From: Isurus oxyrinchus
Taxonomy: Eukaryota
Assembly: GCA_026770705.1 (NCBI GenBank)
Contig: JANJGN010000016.1
Coordinates: forward strand, 87,544,001-87,608,000
DNA length: 64,000 nucleotides
Direction: 5' to 3'
In this document: positions 39,405-51,870 of the stretch, in pieces
Position numbering within the stretch: position 1 is the stretch's first letter
How the letters are laid out: each line of letters begins with the position of its first letter
Notes under the pieces: model-generated
What the model was told of the DNA's origin: nothing
What the model saw: only the letters and a program-made list of their open reading frames with translations
Database searches by the model: none
Made by a program: the position numbers and the translations under genes

Positions 39405-42400
39405 TTGCACACAAACAGCAGAGAGACCTTACCCTGAGTGAGACACAGTCAGAGTGAGTGTGGGTATTGGCAATTTGGTGCACAGTGGGAATTCGTTGCA
39501 CAAGGGAAGAGGTGCTCTTTGTGTTTTGTTCTTTGCTATCCAACTTCTTAAATCTTCAGAGAGTGGTCTTGCCCTGCTGCAGCAGTAGAGGCTACAAGGG
39601 AAAGGAATGGCTGGTAAGTAGTGGGTAAGGTCGGGTAAGTATTTACTACTTTTATTGCTTATAGTTTAAGGACTATAATCAAAGATTGGTTTATGGTTTG
39701 TATATTCTGTAGTAATGAGGATCAGGAAAGAAGGGCCCTAGAATAATTGATTTACAATATTTAATTTAAAGGGATAAATCATGGCAGGAGAGCTGAAAGC
39801 CGTGGTGTGCTCTTCGTGCTCCATGTGTGAAGCTGGGAACATTTCCAGTGCCCGGGACCAGCATTTGTGCAGGAAGTGTGTCCAGCTGCAGCTCCTGGAA
39901 GCTCAGATTTCAGAGCTGGAACGGAAGCTGGAGACACTGTGGAGCATCCGCAAGTCTGAGAGCATCGTGGATAGCACATTTAGAGAGGTGGTCACACCGC
40001 AGCTGAAGTGACTTGAGGAAGGAAAGGAATGGGTGACCACAAGGCAGTGCAAACAAAACAGGCAGGTAGTTCAGGAGTCCCCTGCGGTCCCGCTCACAAA
40101 TCGGTATTACATTTTGGAGTCTGATGAGGATGCTGGTTCCTCCAGAGAGTGCAGACAGAGCCAAGCTTCTGGCACCACAAGCAGCCTGTCTGTACCAGAG
40201 GGGAGGAAGAGCAATAGTAATAGAGGATTATATAGTCAGGGGAACAGGTAGGCGCTACTGCGGCTGTCAACGTGACTCCAGGATGGTGTGTTGCCTCCTT
40301 GGTGCCAGGGTCCGGGATGTCACTGAACAGCTGCAGGGCATCCTGAAGGGGGAGGGTGATAAGGCAGAGGTCATGGTACATGTTGGTACCAATGACATAG
40401 GTAGAAAGAAGGATGAGGTCTTGCATCAATATTTCAGGGAGTTAGGCAGTAGACTAAAAAGCAAGACCTCTCGGGTTGTAATCTCTGGATTACTCCCAGT
40501 GCCACATGCTAGTGAGCACAGAAATAGGAGAATAGTGCAGATAAATACGTGGATTAAGAGTTGGTGCAGGAGGGAGGGTTTTAGATTCCTGGATCACTGG
40601 GACCGTTTCTGGGGAAGGTGGGACCTGTACAAGTGGATCAGTCTACATCTGAACCAGAGCGGGACTAACATCCTTGCTGGCGGGTTTGCCAGTGCTGTTG
40701 GGAGGTGTTTAAAATAATTAGGCAGGGGGAGGGGACACAGAATGTTAACAGAATAGGGACACATCATAATACAATAAAACAATCAAGTCAGACGGAGTAC
40801 AGCTGCATTAAGTTTCAAGGGAGTAAGGCAAGGCTGGATGGCCTCTACTTTAATGCCAGGAGTATTACACGTAAAACGGATGAGTTAAGGGTGAGGATTG
40901 ACACGTGGAATTGTGATATATTGGCCATCACTGAAACGTGGCTGAGGGAGGGGCAGGATTGGCAGCTCAACATTCTGGGATATAGAATCTTCAGGCGAGT
41001 CGGGGAGGCGGTGAAAGAGGAGGAGGCATTGCATTATTAGTTAAGGAGTCAGTTACTGCAGTAAGGAGAGATGATATCTTGGAGGGGGCATCGAATGAAG
41101 CTTTGTGGGTGGAGCTTAGGAATGGAAAAGGGGCAGCCACATTGTTAGGTGTTTATTATAGACCCACAGATAGTCAGCAGGAAATTGAGGAGCAAATATG
41201 AGCACAATTTGCGGAGGTGTGTAAAAACAATAACAATAGGGTAATTATATTAGGAGATTTCAACTTTCCCAACATTAATTGGGATAGACATAGTGTTAAG
41301 TGCTTGGATGGATTGGATATTTTGAAATGTTTACAGGAGGACTTTTTAGGTCAATATGTAGAGGGTCCAACAAGGGATGGCGCAGTGCTGGACTAATTCT
41401 GGGGAATGAAGCCGGACAGGTGGCTGAGGTGGCGGTGGGGGAGCATTTTAGTGATATTGACCACAACATGGTACAGTTTAAGCTTGTTATGAACAAAGAA
41501 ATAGGCAAGTTGCAAAAAAATGTTTTGGATTGGGGGAGAGTGGATTTTAGTAAAATAAGGCAGGATCTGGCCAAGGTAGACCGGGAACAGTTACTTGTGG
41601 GGAAATCTGCAGAGGAGCAGTGGGGGGTATTGAAAAAGGAAATGGGGAGGGTATAGGCTCAACATGTTCCCTCTAGGGTGATAGGAAGGAGTAACAAGCC
41701 CAGAGAACCATGGATGACCAGAGTTATTCAGGATACGATGAAAATGAAGAGAGAGGCTTTTAGCAGGTACAAGGGAAGCAAATCAGCGGAGGCATTAGTG
41801 GAGTACAGACAGTGCAGAGTGGAGCTTAGAAAGCAATTAGGAGAGCAAAGAGGGGATATGAGAAAGCTCTGGCTGGTAAAAGTAGGGAAAATCCCAAGAT
41901 ATTCCAGATGTATATCAATGGGAAGAGGATAACCAGGGAAAGAGTAGGGCCCATTAGGGAACAAGGGTGCAATCTATGGGCGGAGCCAGCGGACATCGCT
42001 AGAGTGTTGAATGAATACTTCTCATCCGTCTTCAACCAAGAGAATGAGGATGAAGGTATGGAACTCGGGGAGAGAGACTGCAAGGTTCTTAAATAAATTG
42101 ATATATGGAGTGACAAGGTATTGGAGATGTTGGCAGGCTTAAAAGTGGACAAATCTCCAGGTCCGGACGATCTGTCTTCCAGACTGCTGAAGGAGGTAAG
42201 GGAGAAGATCTGAAGGGCTCTGACCCAAATTTTTAATTCCTCTCTGGCCACGGGGGAGGTGCCAGAGGACTGGAGAAAAGCTAATGTGGTTCCGCTGTAT
42301 AAGAAGTGTTGTAGAGATAAGCCAGGGAATTACAGGCCAGTGAGTCTCACATCAGTGGTAGGGAAATTATTGGAGAAAGTTCTGAAGGAGAGTATCTATC

Positions 42401-43727
42401 TCCACTTGGAAAGGCAAGGTTTGATCAGGGATAGTCAGCATGGCTTTGTCAGAGGGGGTCATGCCTTACAAATTTGATTGAATGTTTTGAGGAGGTGACC
42501 AGGTGTGTAGATAAGGGTAGTGCAGTTGATGTAGTTTATATGGATTTCAGCAAAGCCTTCGACAAGTTCCCACATGGGAGACTTATAAAGAAGGCAAATG
42601 GACATGGGATACAGGGTAATTTGATAAGATGGATTCAAAATTGGTTTAGTGGTAGGAGACAGAGGGTGATGACAGAAGGATGCTTTAGTGACTGGAAGCC
42701 AGTGTCCAGTGGTGTACCACAGGGATCTGTGCTCAGTCCCCTATTATTCGTCGTTTATATAAACGACATAGATGACTATGTGGGGGGAGGATTAGTAAGT
42801 TTGCGGATGACACAAAGATTGGCCGGGTGGTTAACAGTGAGGCTGAGAGTCTTGGGCTACAGGAAGATATAGACAGGATGGTCAAATGGGCAGATAAGTG
42901 GCAGATGGAACTTAACCCTGAAAAGTGTGAGGTGATACACTTTGGAAGGTGTAATTTGACAAGGAAGTATTCAATGAAAGGCATGAGACTTGGAAGTTCT
43001 GAGGAACAAAGTGACATTGGAGTGTGTGTCCATAGATTTCTGAAGGCGGAGGGGCATGTTAGTAGGGTGGTGAAAAAGACATATGGGACACTTGCCTTTA
43101 TCAATCGAGGCACAGATTACAAAATTTGGGAGTCATGTTGGAGTGTATAGAACCTTGGTGAGGCCACAGCTGGAGTACTGTGTGCAGTTCTGGTCGCCAC
43201 ATTATAGGAAGGATGTGATTGCACTGGAAGGGGCGCAGAGGAGATTGACCAGGATGTTGCCTGCGACGAAACATTTAAGATATGAAGAGAGGTTGGAAAC
43301 GCTTGGGTTGTTTTCATTGGAGCAGAGAAGACTGAGGGGTGACCTGATCGAGGTGTACAAGATTATGAGGGGCATGGACAGGGTGGATAGGGAGCAGCTG
43401 TTCCCCTTAGTTGAAGGGTCAGTTATGAGGGGATATAAGTTCAAGGTGAGGGGCAGGAGGTTTAGGGGGGATGTGAGGGGAACATTTTTTACCCAGAGGG
43501 TGGTGACAGTCTGGAATGCATTGCCTGGGAGGGTGGTGCAGGCGGGTTGCCTCACATCATTTAAAAAGTACCTGGATGAGCACTAGGAACGTCATAACAT
43601 TCAAGGCTATGGGCCAAGTGCTGGTAAATTGGATTAGGTAGGAAGGTCAGGTGTTTCTCACATGTCAGTGTAGACTCGATGGGCTGAAGGGCCTCTTCCC
43701 CACTGTGTGATTCTGTGATTGTGTGAA
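39405..43727 (+). mobile_element. Near full-length CR1 LINE (ORF1 zinc finger, coiled coil and SGNH esterase; ORF2 APE endonuclease and RT), inactivated
   Basis: ORF1 from 39781 has CSSCSMC..HLCRKC, LGARVRDV, VHVGTNDIG and LHLNQSG. ORF2 has FNARSI, AITETWL, GDFN, DHN, QGSVLSPLLF, FADDTK and LVRPQLEYCVQFWSP. Tail TGTGATTCTGTGATTGTGTGA. Many stops/frameshifts; 5' boundary approximate. Confidence 0.95.
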
Positions 43728-43784
43728 TAGTCTTGTTATAAAAGAACCGTTCGGATGAGTGACCATAATATGATAGAATTTACA

Positions 43785-45106
43785 AGTATACAGACAGGAT
43801 TGTGAAATGTGACGTACCTGTGTACACAGACTGGATTGTTAAGTGTGATGTACCTGAGTACATAGACTGGATTGTTAAGTGTGATGTACCAGAGTACACA
43901 GAATGGATTGTTAAGTGTGATGTACCTGAGTACACAGACTGGATTGTGAAGTGTGATGTACCTGAGTACACAGACTGGATTGTGAAATGTGATGTACCTG
44001 AGTACACAGACTGGATTTTGAAGTGTGATGTACCTGAGTACACAGACTAGATTGTGAAATGTGATGTACCTGAGTACACACAGTGGATTGTGAAGTGTGA
44101 TGTACCTGAGTACACAGACTGAATTGTGAAGTGTGATGTACCTGAGTACACAGACTGGATTGTGATGTGTGATGTACCTGAGTACACAGCCTCAATTGTG
44201 AATTGTGGTGTATCTGAGTACACAGACAGGTTTGTGAAGTGTGGTGTACCTGAGTGCACAGAGTAGCTTGTGAAGTGTGGTGTACATGAGTACACAGACT
44301 GGATTGTGAAGTGTGATGTACCTGAGTACACAGACTGGACTGTGAAATGTGGTGAACCTGAGTACGCAGACTGGATTGTGAAGTGTGTTGTACCTGAGTA
44401 CACAGACTGGATTGTGAAGTGTGATGTACCAGAGTACACAGACTGGATTGTGAAGTGTGATGTACCTGAGTACACAGACTGGATTGTGAAGTGTGATGTA
44501 CCTGAGTACACAGACTGTATTGTGAAGTGTGATGTACCTGAGTACACAGACTGGATTGTGAAATGTGATGTACCTGTGTACACAGACTGGAATGTGATGT
44601 GTGATGTACCTGAGTACACAGATTGGATTGTGAAGCGTGATGTACCTGAGTATACAGACAGGATTGTGAAATGTGACGTACCTGTGTACACAGACTGGAT
44701 TGTTAAGTGTGATGTACCTGAGTACATAGACTGGATTGTTAAGTGTGATGTACCAGAGTACACAGAATGGATTGTTAAGTGTGATGTACCTGAGTACACA
44801 GACTGGATTGTGAAGTGTGATGTACCTGAGTACACAGACTGGACTGTGAAATGTGGTGTACCTGAGTACGCAGACTGGATTGTGAAGTGTGTTGTACCTG
44901 AGTACACAGACTGGATTGTGAAGTGTGATGTACCAGAGTACACAGACTGGATTGTGAAGTGTGATGTACCTGAGTACACAGACTGGATTGTGAAGTGTGA
45001 TGTACCTGAGTACACAGACTGTATTGTGAAGTGTGATGTACCTGAGTACACAGACTGGATTGTGAAGTGTGTTGCACCTGAGTACACAGACTGGACTGTG
45101 AAATGT
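43785..45106 (-). repeat. Inverted ~1.3 kb block (~37 units) of the same 36-bp satellite
   Basis: TGATGTACCTGAGTACACAGACTGGATTGTGAAGTG is the reverse complement of the 1-21154 unit. Confidence 0.98.
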
Positions 45107-45599
45107 AACATCACCAATAAGTAGCCATTGTTAAACTATAATAATGACATTTTGCTGAGCAACTTATTAATAAAATTTTATTGCAGCTTTTTGCAGATCT
45201 TTATATATTGGCACAATAATCTGGTCTGCATATATTACTGTATATAGATGACATATATTTGTAATACATATTTTATATCATATAATATGATACATATGAC
45301 TTATTACTCAGGCTTCTCTATATATTACTCCGCAGGATATATCATCACTAACATTTTAACTATGTAGTGACACAGCTCTGATAACCATATTAATCAAGAT
45401 TTAATTGTATCTTTCATTCTCTCTGTGTTTACTGACACAATTCTCTGGTTCGTGGGTTACGCTACGTACAAACCATCTGTGATGTCCTTGGAGTAATGGC
45501 TCAAACTGACTTCATCAAACTGACATTCCAAATAGGCCGACATTGTTCATAACGGGATTAACTGTAATTGTGTCAGATCTGAGTGTCAGCAGCTAAAAT

Positions 45600-46680
45600 A
45601 GAGAGAGGGATAGAGGATAGATAGAGAGAGGGATGGAGGTTAATTAGAGGGAGGGGTGAAAGTCAATTAGAGAAGGGTTGGAGGTCAGATAGACAGAGAG
45701 ATGGAGGTCAGGTAGAGAAAGGGATAGAGTTCAGACAGAGGGTTGGAGGTCAGATAGAGAGAGTGATGGAGGTCAGATAGACAGAGAGATGGAGGTTAGG
45801 TAGAGAAAGGATATATATCAGATAGAGGGATGGAGTCATATAGAGAGAGGGGTGGAGGTCAGATAGAGAGAGGAATGAAGGGCTGAAATGCAGAGTGATG
45901 GTGGTCAGATGGAGCGAGGGATGGAGGTCAGGTGGAGAGATGTCTGGAGCTCAGGTTGAGAGAGGGGTGGATGTCAGATAGGGATAGGTGTGGAGAACAG
46001 GAAGAGAGAGAGATGTAGGTCAGATAGAGAGAGGGATGGAGCTCAGATAGAGAGAAGGATAGAGGGCAGATAGAGAGAGGGATGGAGTCAGATAGAGAGA
46101 GGGATGGAGTCAGGTAGAGAGAGGGATGGAGGTCAGATAGAGAGAGGGATGGAGTCAGATAGAGAGAGGGATGGAGGTCTGAAACGCAGAGTGATGGATG
46201 TCAGATGGAGCGAGGGATGCGTTCAGGTGGAGAGATGCTGGAGCTCAGGTAGAGAGAGGGGTGGAGGTCAGAAGGGAGAGGGGTGGAGGACAGGTAGAGA
46301 TAGAGATGGAGGTCAGCTAGAGGGATGGCTGGAGTCCAGATAGAGAGTAGGCTGGAGATGAGATAGAGAGAAGAGTAGAGGTCAGATGGAGAGAGGGATG
46401 GAGGTTGGAGAGAAAGATGGATGGAGGTTAGAGAGAAAGACGGATGGAGGTCAGATAGAGAGAGGAATGAAGATCAGATAGAGAGAGGGATGGAGGTCAG
46501 AGCGAGAGAGGGATGGAGGTTGGATAGAGAGTGGGATAGAGGTCAGATAACTACAGGGATGGAGGTCAGAGAGAGAGAGATGAAGGTCAGATAGAGAGAA
46601 TTTGGAGGTCAGAGAGAGAGGGATGGAGGTCAGATAGAGAGAGGGATGGAGAGCTGTTCAGGAGAGGGATGGAGCTCGGA
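45600..46680. repeat. Degenerate purine-rich tandem repeat (GAGAGGGATGGAGGTCAGATAGA-like)
   Basis: Recurrent GGATGGAGGTCAGATAGAGAG motif. Confidence 0.85.
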
Positions 46681-46699
46681 TACACCAGGGGTGAAGCTC

Positions 46700-47252
46700 A
46701 GTGAGGTGTGTATCTGAGAGGAAGTTCGGTCACTCAGGGAGAGGGATAGAGATCAGGGAGGTGTGTATCTGAGAGGAAGTTTTGTCACTCAGGGAGAGGG
46801 ATGGAGATCAGGGAGGTGTGCATCTGAGAGGAATGTGGGACACTCAGAGCGAGGGATGGAGATCAGGGAGGTGTGTATCTGAGAGGAATGTGGGACACCC
46901 AGAGGGAGGGATGGAGATCAGGGAGATGTGTATCTGAGAGGAAGGTCGGACACTCAGAGGGAGGGATGGAGATCATGGAGGTGTGTATCTGAGAGGAAGG
47001 TCGGACACTCAGAAGGAGGGATGGAGATCAGGGAGATGCGTATTTGAGAAGAAGGTCGGACACTCAGAGGGAGGGATGGAGATCAGGGAGGTGTGTATCT
47101 GAGAGGAAGGTCAGACACTCAGAGGGAGGGATGGAGATCAGGGAGGTGTGTATCTGAGAGGAAGGTGTGACACTCAGAGGGAGGGATGGAGATCAGGGAG
47201 GTGTGTATCTGAGAGGAAGGTCGGACACTCAGAGGGAGGGATGGAGATCAGG
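46700..47252. repeat. 55-bp minisatellite (GAGGGATGGAGATCAGGGAGGTGTGTATCTGAGAGGAAGGTCGGACACTCAGAGG), ~10 copies
   Basis: GAGGGAT at 46741, 46796 and 46851. Confidence 0.93.
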
Positions 47253-47584
47253 TGGAACGAGGTTAGTGTCCATTCTCACCACCTGTGCTGCAGTTTGGTG
47301 CAGACTAACCTGTTGCTCTGTAGATCCACAGTTAATGCAATCCCCTTGCTCCCTGCCTTTCAGCCTCTCTCAATCCACACCACCATTTCTTCCCTGTAGG
47401 GAATGGGATTGAGCCAGTAACCCAGAGGGAATGAGTTCAAATCCCAGGATGGGAAATAGTGAAATGGAATTGGATAAATCTGATCATTTGTGTTCTGGCT
47501 GCAGAAATTGTCCATAAATCCTGCTGGATTGCTGTAAAACACAAGGGACTCAGTGAGGGAAGCTGCCGGTCTCACCCTGTCACT

Positions 47585-47850
47585 CTCTACCCTGTCAATC
47601 ACTTTAAGAATTTTATATGTTTCAATGGGATCACCTCTCATTCTTCTAAATTCCAGGGAACAATGTCCCAGTCTACTCAATCTCTCCTCATCGGACAATC
47701 CCCTCATCCCAGGAATCACTCTGGGGAATCTCTGCTGCACTCCTTCCAAGGCTGGTATATCCTTCCTTAGGTAAGGAGACCGAATCTGTACACAGTAATC
47801 CAGGTGTGGTCTCACCAAGGTCCGATAGAATTATAATAAGACTTCTTCAC
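47585..47850 (-). mobile_element. CR1 LINE fragment
   Basis: VRPHLDYCVQIRSPYLRKDI..RRMRGDPIETYKIL. Confidence 0.85.
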
Positions 47851-48185
47851 TCTGACAGGTACAGGAGCTGACACAGAGTCTCTCTCTCTCACACGAACCC
47901 ATCCCTCTCTCTCACTCTCTCTCACGCTCTCTCCCTCTCTCTCAATCTCTGTCGCTCTCTCCATCTCCCTCCCTATCACTCACACTAACTCATTCATCTC
48001 ATCCCTCTCTCTCACTCTCTGTCTCTCACTCTCTCTCTCTCTCTCAATCTCTGTCGCTCTCTCCATCTCCCTCTCTCTCACTCACACTAACCCATCCCTC
48101 TCTCCCGCTCTCTCGCTCTCTCTATCTCACTCTCTCTCTCTCTCTCAAACTCTCTATGTCGCTCTCCCTCTATATCTAACTCTCC

Positions 48186-48313
48186 NNNNNNNNNNNNNNN
48201 NNNNNNNNNNNNNNNNNNNNNNNNNNNNNNNNNNNNNNNNNNNNNNNNNNNNNNNNNNNNNNNNNNNNNNNNNNNNNNNNNNNNNNNNNNNNNNNNNNNN
48301 NNNNNNNNNNNNN
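48186..48313. other. Assembly gap (N run), preceded by a CT-rich microsatellite at 47880-48185
   Basis: Ns in the sequence. Confidence 1.
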
Positions 48314-48969
48314 CTCTGTAGATGTTCTCTGGGTGTGAGTGTTTAATATAAGGGGGTGTTTGTCAGTATATTTTCGATGCTCTATGGTTTCTGAGCATGG
48401 TGGGAGGGGATCAGGGCTCTGTTCTTTGACGTGACGCAGTGATATCTGTCCCAGTCTCTCAGACTGTGATGCTGTTGTTTTCTGTGACTGACGCTATGAT
48501 ATTGATTGTAATCTCACTCAGTGTGACACGAGGTTACATGTCTTGATCAGTGGTGAGGGAGGAGCAGACTGAACAAGGAGCTGCAATCATCAGTCACTGC
48601 CGAAATCCTTCACACAGCCCGCACACTCCGCAAACTTCTTCACTAAATATTCTTTCAGCTCCTTAATGAGAGGCCTGGAGCTGAAAAGGGAAAAAGAGAA
48701 AGACATCTTTTCGAGAGGCTCATGGACACAATGTACACTGTACATTACCCACTAATGACACTCTGTCTACATTTAACTCATTGTTTAAGCTCCAGCCCAC
48801 CTCCTGTTCCCATCCATATGTTTCAGTCAAGGAGCCTGATAAGCCTATAGCACAGGAGGAGGCCATTCAGCCCCTTGTGTCTGTGCTAGCTGTGCACTCA
48901 GATCATTCAGAACTAACCTCTCAGTTTAATGTCTGTAATGGGGAAGTGACTGGAACCTGTTATTAGAGA

Positions 48970-49990
48970 CAGAGTGAATGATAAATATGAACTGATCAGA
49001 GAGAGTCAGCATGGATTTAAAAAGGATCAGACATCTTTAACTAACCCGGTTACATTTTTTAAGGAGGTCACTAATGTGGTAGATCAGGGAGAGTCTTTTC
49101 TATTGATATGGATTTCCAGAAGACATTCGAGAAGGTTCAACATGAGAGACTGTGAATAAAAATGGAAGCAGATGGAATTTGAGGAAACCTGTTGCCATGG
49201 ATGAGGAACTGGTTAGGAGGCAGGAGACAGAGAGTAGGGATAATGTGTATGTGCTCCAATGAGCAAGATGTGAATAGTGATGTCCCCAGGGATCTGTGCT
49301 GGAGCCTCAGCTTTCCACAATATTTATCAATGATTTGGATGAAGAAATAGAGAGCCATATATCCAAGATTGCTGACGACACTAAGTTAGGCGGCTTGGAG
49401 GAGGTTACAGAGATGGGGAGTGTCGAGGACTGAGAGGGATTTGAGAACAAGGATGAGAATTTTAAAATCGAGACATTGCTGGGCTGGGAGGTCAGTGAGT
49501 ACAGGGGGTGATGGGTGAACGGGACTTGGTGTGAGTTCAGATCCGGGCAGCAGAGTTTGGGATGAGCTCATGTTTACGGAGTGTGGAAGGTGTGACTCCG
49601 GCCAGGGCAGCATTGGAATCGTCACGTTTCAGGGAACAAAGACATGGAGGAGATTCTCAGCAGCAGATGGTCTGAGGCAGGCCGGACTCGGGCGATGTTA
49701 CCGAGGTGGAAATAGGCTCTCTTAGTGATGGAGCGGATGATGTGGTCAGAAGCTCATCTCAGGTTCAAACTGGACACCATGGCTGTGAACTGTGTGGTTC
49801 AGTGTCAGACAGACCCAGGGAGAGGGATGGAATCGGTGATGAGGGAACAGAGTTTGTGATGGGGACTGAAGACAATGGCAGATGGAGCTCAACGTGGGGA
49901 GTGTGAAATCATCCACTTTGGACCGAAGAAAGATGGATCAGAGTAATTTGTAAATGGTGAGATGCTGGCAGCTGTGGAGGAGCAGAAAGA
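48970..49990. mobile_element. CR1 RT fragment (+) interrupted by an L2-type fragment (~49395-49880)
   Basis: LIRESQHGF, PQGSVLEPQLS and ADDTK (49371-49385). CR1 resumes at ~49876 (WQMELNV); the intervening sequence resembles 35215-35700. Confidence 0.7.
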
Positions 49991-50257
49991 TGAGGCCAAG
50001 GTTGTGAAGAGTCTGGTTCAGCAGCAGACAGTGCTCAGGGAGAGGGATGGAGTTTGTATCGGGAGCTGAAGACGATGGCTTTGATCTTCCCAATGTGTTT
50101 CCCAGTGAGCCTGCCTCCTCAGTCCTGACTGCTCTTAGCTGCTGTTCTTTTCACTGATCGGACAGTTATTATTACAGATTCAGACCACAGCAGAAACCCC
50201 CAGTGTAAAAAATAACTGCAAAGATTTTCCGATCGCAAGACTGAAACGTAACCAAGA

Positions 50258-50289
50258 GAGGAAGTGAAAGAAGGAGCTCAGAGCAGCTG
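50258..50289 (+). promoter_or_regulatory. Candidate upstream enhancer motif: Ets-IRF composite element (GAGGAAGTGAAA) plus E-box CAGCTG
   Basis: Exact GGAAnnGAAA match, identical to the one in the V promoter, lying in a non-repetitive island. Confidence 0.4.
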
Positions 50290-50664
50290 GATGTTTGTTA
50301 CTGACACGAGAGAAAACTGTGAACCGTGTCCACTACCTAGAATCTTACAGCGCAGAAGGAGGCCATTCAGCCCATCCTGCCTGTGAGTTACCCAGTGAGA
50401 CCCACTCCCCCTCTCTATCCCCATAACCCAGCAAATCTTTCCTTTTCAGGGAGATTTCCAATTCCCTCTTGTAGACCTGGGTCCACAGCTCGAGACTGTC
50501 CCGAACCTGGGCTCGAAATTGGCATCTCATTCATTCATTGGAAGACAAAATGCCCGGAGTGGGAAATGGAGCTCAGAACTCCAAACATTCCCTCTCCCCT
50601 CCTGAGGGACACTTCATGCTGGGATACATTTCGATGGAATCCGGGAACACAACACGGGGGAGGC

Positions 50665-50805
50665 TGTGGGGTAGCAGCAATGTTACTGGACCAGTAATCC
50701 AGAGGCCCAGGGTAATGCTCTGGGGTAACACCTTCAAATCCCACCCCGGCAGCTGTTGGAATTTAAATTGAATTAATAAATCCAGAATTAAAAGTTAGTC
50801 TCCGT
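50665..50805 (+). mobile_element. SINE-like fragment (related copy at ~47405-47580)
   Basis: Shared CCAGTAATCCAGAGG...TTCAAATCCCA (B-box-like)...AATAAATC motif. Confidence 0.55.
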
Positions 50806-51145
50806 CTGCAGCAGAACACAGAGGTAGGGATGAGCGAGGCCATGGAGGGAATTGGAGGGCAGTGAGGTCAGGGGTTCAGGTCAGTGAGGTCAGGGATAAT
50901 CTGGGAACAACACTTCATGTGGCACAGGGGATGGAATGCTGCATTTCGGACAGTTAGGTTTTATGGAGCGTGGATGAAGGAAGGCAGGAGAGGACATCGG
51001 AATAATGGAGTCCGGAGGCGAGACAAACAGGGATAAGGGTTTCTGTGGTCAAGGGGCTGATGTAGTGTAGAGACGGACAATGTTGTGGAGATGGAAATGA
51101 GAGGCTTACGGGTTGGAGAGATGTGGAGTTTGAAGCTCAGATACT

Positions 51146-51430
51146 GGAGGCCCAATGGGAAGGAGGCCTATGTTTACTGGTCCCTATTGGAGGCTCCAGT
51201 GGGAAGGAGGCCCATGTTTACTGGTCCCTATTGGAGGCTCCAGTGGGAAGGAGGCCCATGTTTACTGGTCCCTATTGGAGGGTCCAGTGGGAAGGAGGCC
51301 CATGTTTACTGGTCTCTATTGGAGGCTCCAGTGGGAAGGAGGCCCATGTTTACTGGTCCCTATTGGAGGGTCCAGTGGGAAAGAGGCCCATGTTTACTGG
51401 TCTCTATTGGAAGGTCCAGTGGGAAGGAGG
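51146..51430. repeat. 44-bp tandem repeat (GGAGGCCCATGTTTACTGGTCCCTATTGGAGGCTCCAGTGGGAA), ~6.5 copies, followed by a GA-rich repeat to ~51710
   Basis: TCCCTATTGG at 51181 and 51225. Confidence 0.93.
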
Positions 51431-51713
51431 CAGAGAGAGGGAGAGAAAGATAGAGAGTGATGGACAGAGGGAGGGAGATAAAGACAGAGTGACGGACAGA
51501 CATTGAGAGAGACAGTGACTGACAGACTGGTACTGAGAGAGGGAGAGAGTGACAGAGAGTGATGGCAGATTCTGAGAGAGAGAGAGACAGAGAGTGATGG
51601 ACAGACACTGGGAGAGGGAGAGAGAGACAGAGTGTGATGGACAGATACTGAGAGAGGGAGAGAGAGACAGAGAGTGATGGACAGATACTGAGAGAGGGAG
51701 GGAGAGAGTTGAA

Positions 51714-51810
51714 GAGGAAGTGAAAGGTGCTGACGTGGTTCTCTCTGGGTGATACCATTTACATACTGAGGAACAGCCAGTGAGACTCTGACAGGCTGCA
51801 GCATTATAAA
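51714..51810 (+). promoter_or_regulatory. Ig light-chain V promoter: EICE 51714-51725, CRE-like TGACGTGG 51731-51738, variant octamer ATTTACAT 51757-51764, TATAAA 51805-51810
   Basis: Motifs read directly. The octamer-like site is in the light-chain orientation ~40 bp 5' of TATA, which is ~60 bp before the ATG. Confidence 0.8.
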
Positions 51811-51870
51811 GCTGAGCCCAGTGAAGGGAGAGTTTATCAGTGACCAGGCACAGGGACAGGAGCAGACACC

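Noticed and set aside
47329-47412. 84-nt minus-strand exon-like segment (..TACAG| ... CAG|GTTAGT)
   Set aside because: Stops in all three frames and no supporting neighbouring exons.
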